IMG/VR virus record: IMGVR_UViG_3300030376_000305 | Coordinates: 1-37,020 of that record | DNA: 37,020 nt | Strand: one strand, 5' to 3' | DNA from: a virus | Taxonomy: Duplodnaviria > Caudoviricetes | In this document: positions 1 through 6,634 of the stretch, piece by piece | Position numbering within the stretch: position 1 is the stretch's first letter | How the letters are laid out: each line of letters begins with the position of its first letter | Made by a program: the position numbers and the translations under genes | The notes under the pieces: generated by a model | What the model was told of the DNA's origin: nothing | Databases searched by the model: none | What the model saw: only the letters and a program-made list of their open reading frames with translations

Positions 1-99
1 ACTCTCTTCACTGCCATCTGTAATTGTTGTAGTTCCAACGCCAGTGATATTAATCTGGATTGCACTTCGTCCACCATCTTTAGTCACATCCTTTTCAAA
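1..99. repeat. 99-bp end overlap (copy 1), circular-assembly artefact
   Basis: Identical to 36922-37020; lies inside the terS reading frame. Confidence 0.95.
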
Positions 100-363
100 T
101 GCAGCAACAGGAAGAATACGATCCATAACTAGTTTCCAAGCTGCTGCTTGATTCTTATGATCTGGGTCTAACGCTGCATCAAAGATAGCGTCCATTACAG
201 CACGAGAGCGAGGAGAGTTTAACATCCTTGCCTTGTACTCATTTATGATGGCTGCATCACCTTTTGGCCTACCTACAGCCCTTCTGCCTCCTTTTTTCTT
301 AGAGGAAACAGCAGATTTTTTAGGGCGACCAACAGGATTACCTGATTGTTTGTCGTTATCCAT
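1..363 (-). CDS. terS: Putative terminase small subunit, 5' part (continues across the junction at 36921-36892; about 130 aa)
   Basis: Manual translation MDNDKQSGNPVGRPKKS...GRPKGDAAIINEYKARMLNSPRS...AAWKLVMDRILP...IQINITG...TIEGELAD*; GRPK motifs; first gene of the packaging arm, upstream of terL. Confidence 0.75.
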   Translation of the reverse strand, partial: MDNDKQSGNPVGRPKKSAVSSKKKGGRRAVGRPKGDAAIINEYKARMLNSPRSRAVMDAIFDAALDPDHKNQAAAWKLVMDRILPVAAFEKDVTKDGGRSAIQINITGVGTTTITDGSEES

Positions 364-459
364 ACTATATAGATTTAACCTAGTTGGGTTTCTGGTTATT
401 TTTTATATTTGTTCCTAGTTATTGTACGTAGGAACTCCATTGTTCTATATATACGTATT

Positions 460-488
460 ATTATATCACATTTTTTTACAAAAGTCAA
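460..488 (-). promoter_or_regulatory. sigma70 promoter for the packaging/structural arm
   Basis: TTGACT-17 bp-TATAAT with TG extension, upstream of terS. Confidence 0.8.
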
Positions 489-531
489 GAGGTATTTGTA
501 AAACTAGTAAAATTACCTGCCCAACAGTGGT

Positions 532-568
532 TTTACAGTGCAGATTCTGTGTATTTACAGTGCAGATT
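532..568. repeat. 15-bp direct repeat TTTACAGTGCAGATT x2 (22-bp period)
   Basis: Copies at 532-546 and 554-568. Confidence 0.85.
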
Positions 569-709
569 ACGTAATATTAGTTAGTAAGTACTAACTTTTT
601 AATAAATAAGGACATTTACTAAAACTATTATGGCCTAATTTGACCTTTTTTTGTGTCTGAGCAGCACCACCGCGTATTGACGACTACATAGCCCTCCCCC
701 GTCCCCCTA

Positions 710-728
710 AATGCGAGTGATTCTCATT
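710..728. promoter_or_regulatory. Fur-box-like site 1
   Basis: AATGCGAGTGATTCTCATT vs 9-1-9 consensus AATGATAATnATTATCATT. Confidence 0.55.
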
Positions 729-747
729 AGCGTCTGACCAGATCGGC

Positions 748-766
748 AATGATAATGGTTCTCATT
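748..766. promoter_or_regulatory. Fur-box-like site 2
   Basis: AATGATAATGGTTCTCATT, 2 mismatches to AATGATAATnATTATCATT. Confidence 0.7.
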
Positions 767-914
767 AGCGTCTGCAGAGATATGCCAGTGTGAGTGGCTG
801 TGAAGCACCCCATATAGCTAAACTGAATAAGCCCTCAGAAGCCCTGAGAAGCCAACCACAGACCGACATCGATACCCTATGCCCTACTATTCAAAGATCG
901 CTAATCGAATTTCA

Positions 915-930
915 CTGTATAAATAACCAG
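915..930. promoter_or_regulatory. LexA (SOS) box
   Basis: CTGTATAAATAACCAG = CTG-N10-CAG with AT-rich core, flanked by A...TA as in TACTG...CAGTA. Confidence 0.75.
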
Positions 931-953
931 TAAAAACTCAAACGCATTTGAGA
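931..953. promoter_or_regulatory. 23-bp palindromic operator-like repeat, copy 1
   Basis: TAAAAACTCAAACGCATTTGAGA, core CTCAAA-N4-TTTGAG; identical at 1793-1815. Confidence 0.7.
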
Positions 954-963
954 TTGAAATCGC

Positions 964-992
964 TTGACCGTCACACCCATATATGAGACCAT
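964..992 (+). promoter_or_regulatory. Early sigma70 promoter P1
   Basis: TTGACC-17 bp-GACCAT with TG extension, upstream of the 1037 ORF. Confidence 0.55.
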
Positions 993-1036
993 TGTGGGAT
1001 GGTGCTATATCGCACTATTGATAAAGGTAAATTGAT

Positions 1037-1573
1037 ATGAAAGCTCAAAACATCCAATCCAATACATCCGCTCCCCTTTTGGCTGGCCGTGCTTTTGGTA
1101 CGTTCCACTCAGAGCAAGAATTGACCATCGTTACCCGCCTACTGAAGGACGCTAAAGGTCTGCACACTGCACAGGATCTTAAAGACTACTGCACGGGCTA
1201 CAAAGAGACACTGACAGGTGGCAGTGCGTCTAAAGATTCACAAGCTTACATGGTACGCACGATCCTGAAGGTAGCGACTGGGCTTGATGCCAAACTCTGT
1301 GACTACCACAAGGTGAAGACACCAGCCGCCGGTCAAAAGGTAGTCCAGAAGCAGATAGACAAGGGCTCAAAAGGGCTCAATTCACTATCAGCCGCTCTCC
1401 GCATCCCCAGCGCTGGAAAAGCTGAGAAAGACCCAGAGCCCGAATCAGAGACCAGCACCGGAGATACTAGCGATGCATGGTTCGATGCCGCTATTAAGCT
1501 GGGCCACTCTGAGAAATACGGACTGACCACTGACGAAATGATGACGCGAATCGCTAAGGCCATCGCCAAGTAA
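1037..1573 (+). CDS. Hypothetical first early protein (178 aa)
   Basis: AAGGT RBS, own promoter and terminator; no family recognised. Confidence 0.85.
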   Translation: MKAQNIQSNTSAPLLAGRAFGTFHSEQELTIVTRLLKDAKGLHTAQDLKDYCTGYKETLTGGSASKDSQAYMVRTILKVATGLDAKLCDYHKVKTPAAGQKVVQKQIDKGSKGLNSLSAALRIPSAGKAEKDPEPESETSTGDTSDAWFDAAIKLGHSEKYGLTTDEMMTRIAKAIAK

Positions 1574-1593
1574 CGCCACACTCAGCCCTTCCA

Positions 1594-1623
1594 AGCCCTG
1601 CCATCATGGTGGGGCTTTTTTTT
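1594..1623 (+). terminator. Rho-independent terminator
   Basis: AGCCCTGCCA-TCA-TGGTGGGGCT stem followed by a T-tract. Confidence 0.85.
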
Positions 1624-1730
1624 GCCTGTCAGAAGCCCTCAGAAGCCCTCTAAGACACGTTCTATTCCTACCCTATACTACCCCTAAGCCCTATCTAATC
1701 GCTCTCACAAGGCTATACAGAGCCTCTGAT

Positions 1731-1759
1731 TTGACATGGCCCTTATGCTTTGAGATAAT
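1731..1759 (+). promoter_or_regulatory. Early sigma70 promoter P2
   Basis: TTGACA-17 bp-GATAAT with TG extension. Confidence 0.8.
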
Positions 1760-1792
1760 ATATCTAGTGGGGTCTTATGTCCTGCTGTTATA

Positions 1793-1815
1793 TAAAAACT
1801 CAAACGCATTTGAGA
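1793..1815. promoter_or_regulatory. 23-bp palindromic operator-like repeat, copy 2
   Basis: Identical to 931-953; between P2 and the AAGGAG RBS. Confidence 0.7.
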
Positions 1816-1835
1816 AATGAAAGGAGAAAAAAGTT

Positions 1836-2042
1836 ATGGCGTACATAGTAATGGCTCGTGATGAGTGTGGTGATGAGACTCGTCCTAGTGATAGCGAGTG
1901 GGACACTGCTCGTGAAGCTAACGATGAGGTGTGGACGTTGCGTGATAAGTATCCAGAGTATCGGACGTTCTGGGTGGAGCAGTTGCGTGACAAGGACTAC
2001 TACCTAGAGATGCATTCGTGGAGGGATTATGACACTTACTAA
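1836..2042 (+). CDS. Small acidic early hypothetical protein
   Basis: AAGGAG RBS; first gene after P2. Confidence 0.75.
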   Translation: MAYIVMARDECGDETRPSDSEWDTAREANDEVWTLRDKYPEYRTFWVEQLRDKDYYLEMHSWRDYDTY

Positions 2043-2211
2043 AGAACAGCGTCATGCACTGTTATGTGTGTGGCAACGTGGTGAATCAGACTTGAGTTAC
2101 CTGCAGTTCAGGCGTACAGTTGAGTCTGGTTTTTGTATGGATGGCGCAGTCATCGTGCCGTGGTGTGGTATGTGGCTTGCCATTGAGACTGATGGGTATA
2201 CCCATAGCTAA
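2029..2211 (+). CDS. Small early phage protein (C-terminal GMWLAIETDGYTHS)
   Basis: GAGG RBS, overlap-coupled with neighbours. Confidence 0.75.
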   Translation: MTLTKEQRHALLCVWQRGESDLSYLQFRRTVESGFCMDGAVIVPWCGMWLAIETDGYTHS

Positions 2212-2219
2212 GGAGAGAA

Positions 2220-2429
2220 GTGATGATCGTGTTTAATTATCCAAGCAAGAAAGTGTTGAAAGAGAGCATCGGTAAGCCGTTGCGTTACATTGAAACCGGT
2301 ATGTTTGGGCCTGAGTATGTACGTGATGGGCAGTTGACAGGTGCTAATCGTCCACACATTACGGGCCGTGGTCGTGAGTTCTTTGCCACTGTCACCATGA
2401 GTGGTGGAAAGATAGCGAAGGTGAAGTGA
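2220..2429 (+). CDS. Small early phage protein
   Basis: AAGGAG RBS; tightly packed operon. Confidence 0.75.
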   Translation: MMIVFNYPSKKVLKESIGKPLRYIETGMFGPEYVRDGQLTGANRPHITGRGREFFATVTMSGGKIAKVK

Positions 2430-2665
2430 TGCGTACTAGCGCGAAGGACAAAAAGGTACTGGCTCATTTGTTCTCTGATTTGTTGGAGAGTTTGAGGCTG
2501 ACGTTATCTGCTGAAGAAGTAAAAGATGTGGAGGAAAAACTTTTACTGATCTGTACTTACTGTCATGTGAAACCAGAGACAGTTACAACGTGGTCGGAAC
2601 ATTACTTTGTAGATAAGTGTAATTGTCAGATGGAGGTACGAAAGAAGGGAGAGATTTATGAGTAG
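2426..2665 (+). CDS. Hypothetical early protein
   Basis: Start/stop overlap with both neighbours. Confidence 0.6.
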   Translation: MMRTSAKDKKVLAHLFSDLLESLRLTLSAEEVKDVEEKLLLICTYCHVKPETVTTWSEHYFVDKCNCQMEVRKKGEIYE

Positions 2666-3272
2666 ACTTACTGATGCACGAGCTGCAGTGGGTGGACTAG
2701 CTAACCCAAGCAAGGTTCCGTGCAGATCCACATCGACACCAGCGGAGAACTGTCACACTGGTTCAAAGCTGATGAAGGTGAAGGGTTCTGTATGTGAGAA
2801 CTGTTATGCCTGCAAGGGTATGTATGTTTTTCCTAATGTAAAGAAGGCGCTGAAGCGTAGACTTGATGCTCTTTCTCATCCTGATTGGGTGGAGAACATG
2901 GCGATATCTATCAACAAAGCGCCGTACTTTAGGTGGCACGATTCGGGTGACATACAGGGTGTGTGGCATCTAGCCAACATCGTGGAGGTAGCGAAGCGTA
3001 CACCTGAGACTAAGCACTGGTTGCCTACGCGGGAGGCTAAGTATGTTTCTCAATACCGTGGTGACGTACCAGACAACCTAATCATTCGTGTGTCTGCCGC
3101 CATGATTGATGGGCCTCCACCCAAGAGGTTTGATTTGACATCGACAGTACACAAAGATAGAATCCCTACTAACTCGTTCGTATGCCCCGCACCTACACAG
3201 GACAACAAGTGTGGGGAGTGTCGTGCGTGTTGGGATAAAGCAGTACCAAATGTAAGTTACACAAACCATTAA
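2658..3272 (+). CDS. GP88-like, Cys-rich radical-SAM-like protein
   Basis: C-x13-CxxCYA, FRWHDSGD, HWLPTRE, C-terminal CPA...CGECRACW motifs. Confidence 0.75.
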   Translation: MSRLTDARAAVGGLANPSKVPCRSTSTPAENCHTGSKLMKVKGSVCENCYACKGMYVFPNVKKALKRRLDALSHPDWVENMAISINKAPYFRWHDSGDIQGVWHLANIVEVAKRTPETKHWLPTREAKYVSQYRGDVPDNLIIRVSAAMIDGPPPKRFDLTSTVHKDRIPTNSFVCPAPTQDNKCGECRACWDKAVPNVSYTNH

Positions 3273-3285
3273 CTGGAGAAAGCCA

Positions 3286-3642
3286 ATGACAATACTACAG
3301 TTTGATAACAAGTACCCAGAGTATGCAGCACCATGTGAACGGCCTGTATTACAGAAGCTAGTTGACATACTGCTACATGACGATGGTAAGGTGTCAGTGT
3401 GGGATGGCGAAGAGCTATCTGTGCAAGGGTGTAGTGACAAGCTACACATACTGAAGAATCTATCTCAAGTTGAGATGGATCAGATAGAAGCGTACGACAA
3501 GGATGGTAACTGTCGTGGGTGGTTCTCGTTGATCTACAACAACGGGTCGGAGCAAGATCCTATGGTTGTGATCTCAGACTACGGTGCTAACGAGTGGTGC
3601 GAGAACGTGTGGAACAGACTGAATGAAATGTTTGGAGAGTAA
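3286..3642 (+). CDS. Hypothetical acidic early protein
   Basis: GGAG RBS, 118 aa. Confidence 0.75.
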   Translation: MTILQFDNKYPEYAAPCERPVLQKLVDILLHDDGKVSVWDGEELSVQGCSDKLHILKNLSQVEMDQIEAYDKDGNCRGWFSLIYNNGSEQDPMVVISDYGANEWCENVWNRLNEMFGE

Positions 3643-3644
3643 CT

Positions 3645-3863
3645 ATGAATGTGTTGGAAGAAATGCGTAACTTCAGACAGAACTTACGTAACCTCAAAGC
3701 TGACAACCTACGTTCGATGCGATACTATGAGCGTGAGTATGGTAAGACAGATACTGTTGCCAGTTTTATGAGTGGTATGGCAAGAGGTAAGGCTGCTCCT
3801 TTGATGAGCATTGACTACATTATCAAAAGACTAGAGATGGAGGATGAGTATGGGAACAGCTAG
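3645..3863 (+). CDS. Hypothetical protein
   Basis: GGAG RBS, operon packing. Confidence 0.7.
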   Translation: MNVLEEMRNFRQNLRNLKADNLRSMRYYEREYGKTDTVASFMSGMARGKAAPLMSIDYIIKRLEMEDEYGNS

Positions 3864-4119
3864 TATGTATGGTAATCAGGTGATGGAAGCGGAGTTGGAC
3901 TGCGATTGGATGACCATCGACGCAACCATTGAGTTTATGAACCACGGTGGAGAGGAGAACTTAGTTGAGATTATCTCAGTTAAAACAAGAGGAGTGGATA
4001 TCACTTCTTGGGTCAATTGTAATTACATCTATGATCTTATATCTGACCATATAGCAGAGGCTGATTATCACTGGTCAGATCATGGTGAACACTATAAATC
4101 ATTGGGAGTAGAGTTATGA
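3844..4119 (+). CDS. Hypothetical acidic protein
   Basis: Overlap-coupled ORF; start uncertain. Confidence 0.65.
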   Translation: MSMGTASMYGNQVMEAELDCDWMTIDATIEFMNHGGEENLVEIISVKTRGVDITSWVNCNYIYDLISDHIAEADYHWSDHGEHYKSLGVEL

Positions 4120-4334
4120 GTTATTACATCAGAGAAAATGAACACGCTAATGTGGGCGACATGGTTATCTATCATGTGGTGAAACGTCTGCGTGACTTCA
4201 AGCCAGAGAACGGTCTTGAGTACATTGTATTTCCTAGCAAGAAGAAGATGGAGACTGCCATCTTTGTTGACCTGTACTGTGGTAAGAATGATAAGCTGGT
4301 CAAGCTCAAAGACAGATCACTGATGAGGTTCTAA
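4116..4334 (+). CDS. Hypothetical protein
   Basis: ATGA overlap, GGAG RBS. Confidence 0.7.
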   Translation: MSYYIRENEHANVGDMVIYHVVKRLRDFKPENGLEYIVFPSKKKMETAIFVDLYCGKNDKLVKLKDRSLMRF

Positions 4335-4335
4335 G

Positions 4336-4530
4336 ATGAGGGAAGGTATGACACACACAGAGATCGCAAAGGTGTTGGGCGTCTCGCGTGAAACAGTACG
4401 CAACATCGAGCGAAGGGCATTGTGGAAACTGAAGCGGTCAGGTCAACTGGACAAGTTCTTGTGTCTACTTGAGATGGAAGTTCAGGCATACTACGGTGAG
4501 AAGGCACGGAGAGTTAAACAGTGTGAATAG
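4336..4530 (+). CDS. Sigma70 region-4-like helix-turn-helix protein
   Basis: MTHTEIAKVLGVSRETVRNIERRALWKLK matches the sigma r4 HTH pattern. Confidence 0.8.
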   Translation: MREGMTHTEIAKVLGVSRETVRNIERRALWKLKRSGQLDKFLCLLEMEVQAYYGEKARRVKQCE

Positions 4531-4534
4531 TACA

Positions 4535-4564
4535 TTGCCTTTTTCTTTAGAAATGTGGTATACT
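4535..4564 (+). promoter_or_regulatory. sigma70 promoter for replication genes
   Basis: TTGCCT-18 bp-TATACT with TGTGG extended -10. Confidence 0.6.
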
Positions 4565-4581
4565 CTCTATATAGATAACTA

Positions 4582-4616
4582 AGTATTAATACTATTACTA
4601 ATACTATTACTAATAC
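4582..4616. repeat. AT-rich 12-bp tandem repeat (TAATACTATTAC x2.5) with palindrome AGTATTAATACT
   Basis: Units at 4587-4598, 4599-4610, partial 4611-4616. Confidence 0.8.
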
Positions 4617-4632
4617 ATAGGAACTACATAGT

Positions 4633-4812
4633 ATGACTAGAGATGAAATGATTGAAGAACTGGTTGAGTACGAATTTACTCAGGTTACGATGGTGGAAGT
4701 GGTGCAGATGTATATCAAGCTGCAACGTGAGTTCATGGATCAGACCTTCACTGATGACGATATATCCGAAAGGTACAACGATATCTTTGGTGAAGAGGAG
4801 GTGGTACACTGA
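4633..4812 (+). CDS. Small very acidic protein (59 aa; not in ORF track)
   Basis: MTRDEMIEELVEYEF...DIFGEEEVVH*; AGGA RBS; TGA overlaps the primase ATG. Confidence 0.75.
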   Translation: MTRDEMIEELVEYEFTQVTMVEVVQMYIKLQREFMDQTFTDDDISERYNDIFGEEEVVH

Positions 4813-6395
4813 TGGCGTTTGTTAAATTACACCAAGAGTGTGGTGACTGTGGCTCAAGTGATGCGTTGTCCTACAATGAAGACGGTTCTAGTTATTGCTT
4901 TGCTTGTGCTAAATTCACCCCACCAGAGGACACAGGAGGCTCTGTGAGCAACATTAACGAGCGAGTAGTACCCGGACAAGGGTTCAACAAAGCGGCCTTT
5001 GCAGAGCCATACAAGGGCTATCACGAGAGGGGACTTACTGCCACTACAATGGCGGCATACTCCGCACAGCAGAAAGCAGGCAACGTGTTGTTTGGTTATC
5101 ACAGCCAAGACGGTGAGCTTGTTGCGTGTAAGACTAGGACTGAAGATAAGAACTTTAGTATCAGTGGAGATTGGAAGAAGGCTGGTCTATATGGTCAGCA
5201 TATGTTCCCGTCTGGTGGTCAATATATAACCGTAGTGGAGGGAGAGTTCGATGCCTTGGCAACCTATCAAATGTTTGGCGGCAAGTATCCTGTTGTGTCT
5301 ATTCGTAATGGCGCCCAAGGTGCTGCTGCTGACTGCCGCAGATCCTACGACTTCTTGGATCAGTACGATCATATTATCTTTTGTTTTGACAACGACGATC
5401 ATGGCCGCTCTGCTGCTCTAGAGTGTGCTGACATCTTTGGTGGTAAGTCTAGGATCTTTCATCATGGTGAACACAAGGATTCGTGTGACTACCTACTGAA
5501 CTCAGACAAGGAGGACTTTGTTAAACGGTGGTGGGCGGCGAAGACCTACACACCTGATGGTATGGTGATGCTGGGTTCTCTGCGTGAGGCTCTGAAGAAA
5601 CCATTGGAGGAGGCAGAGGTCCGCTACCCATACAAGGGGCTAGATGACATGACGTTTGGTGTACGTCCTACTGAGTTAGTTACCATCTGTGCTGGATCTG
5701 GTCTGGGTAAGTCTACGTTCATGCGTGAGCTAGTGTTCTCCATCCTTGGACAGACCAACGACAGGGTGGGGCTAGCGTTTCTTGAGGAGACACCGGACAG
5801 GACAGCGCGTGGTCTGGTTGGACTGCAGATCAACAAGCCTATCCACCTGCCGGGCTGTGACTACTCAGCAAGTGAGGTAGACCAAGTGTTTGATAGTCTT
5901 GATCTTGATGACCGTGTTGTACTGTGGGATACGTTTGGTTCCAACAAGATTGAGAACGTACTGGCACGGTTCCGTTATCAGATCAAGGTGTTGGGTGTGC
6001 AGTACATCGTGCTGGATCACATATCCATACTGGTGTCGGATCAGGACAACGGCGACGAGCGTAAGGCTATCGACGAGATAATGACTAAGCTACGTATGTT
6101 CTGTCAGGAGATGCGGGTGTGTATGTTTGTTGTGTCACACCTCAAGCGTCCTGATGGCAAGGGACACGAGGACGGTGCATACACCAGCCTTGGACAGCTA
6201 CGTGGGTCAGCAGCGATAGCACAACTCAGTGACATAGTGTTAGGATTAGAACGCAATGCACAGGCAGAAGATCCTATGGTACGTAACACCACCAACGTGC
6301 GTGTTCTGAAGAACAGGTTCAGTGGTATGACAGGACCGGCGACTGCGCTGATGTACAACAAGGACACGGGGAGGCTCACTGAGATATTTGAATGA
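4812..6395 (+). CDS. T7 gp4-like DNA primase-helicase
   Basis: N-terminal Zn finger (CGDC...CFAC), TOPRIM (VEGEFDA, FDNDD), Walker A GSGLGKST, LDHISI, LRGSAAIAQLSD. Confidence 0.97.
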   Translation: MAFVKLHQECGDCGSSDALSYNEDGSSYCFACAKFTPPEDTGGSVSNINERVVPGQGFNKAAFAEPYKGYHERGLTATTMAAYSAQQKAGNVLFGYHSQDGELVACKTRTEDKNFSISGDWKKAGLYGQHMFPSGGQYITVVEGEFDALATYQMFGGKYPVVSIRNGAQGAAADCRRSYDFLDQYDHIIFCFDNDDHGRSAALECADIFGGKSRIFHHGEHKDSCDYLLNSDKEDFVKRWWAAKTYTPDGMVMLGSLREALKKPLEEAEVRYPYKGLDDMTFGVRPTELVTICAGSGLGKSTFMRELVFSILGQTNDRVGLAFLEETPDRTARGLVGLQINKPIHLPGCDYSASEVDQVFDSLDLDDRVVLWDTFGSNKIENVLARFRYQIKVLGVQYIVLDHISILVSDQDNGDERKAIDEIMTKLRMFCQEMRVCMFVVSHLKRPDGKGHEDGAYTSLGQLRGSAAIAQLSDIVLGLERNAQAEDPMVRNTTNVRVLKNRFSGMTGPATALMYNKDTGRLTEIFE

Positions 6396-6634
6396 GGTGT
6401 ATTGCTTGTGATAAGATACTAACAGACTACGAGCTAACCAAGAAGTTCAGCGGAAGTGGGGAGTTCGTTGATATGTGCAACGAGTGTAGTCGATTTTTAG
6501 TTGATGATGATTTGACTGCAATGGGTAACATAGACTATGCTAGCCTGAGTGACTTGGAGGAAATCAAAGATGTCGAAGATGGGACAATGGATTATGGAAC
6601 AGGAACAGAACAGGGAGACGAAGAATGGTGGTAG
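6392..6634 (+). CDS. Small zinc-finger protein with acidic tail
   Basis: CIAC...CNEC; ATGA overlap. Confidence 0.7.
   Translation: MRCIACDKILTDYELTKKFSGSGEFVDMCNECSRFLVDDDLTAMGNIDYASLSDLEEIKDVEDGTMDYGTGTEQGDEEWW

Noticed and set aside
1-99. Direct terminal repeat as the biological genome end
   Set aside because: Exactly 99 bp, a common assembler k-mer size, and it falls mid-gene in terS
233-418. + strand 61-aa ORF
   Set aside because: Antisense shadow of terS
547-560. CTGTGTATTTACAG as a second SOS box
   Set aside because: CTG-N8-CAG spacing, not N10
677-682. TTGACG as a -35 element
   Set aside because: No -10 at 16-18 bp
1755-1770. NrdR-box-like ATAATATATCTAGTGG
   Set aside because: Lacks the conserved C, is single rather than tandem, and is far from nrdJ
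700-1815. Short repeats as a mini-CRISPR array
   Set aside because: Only two copies of each repeat, irregular spacing, no cas genes
4624-4809. - strand His-rich 61-aa ORF
   Set aside because: Shadow of the + strand 4633-4812 gene, which has an RBS and coupling
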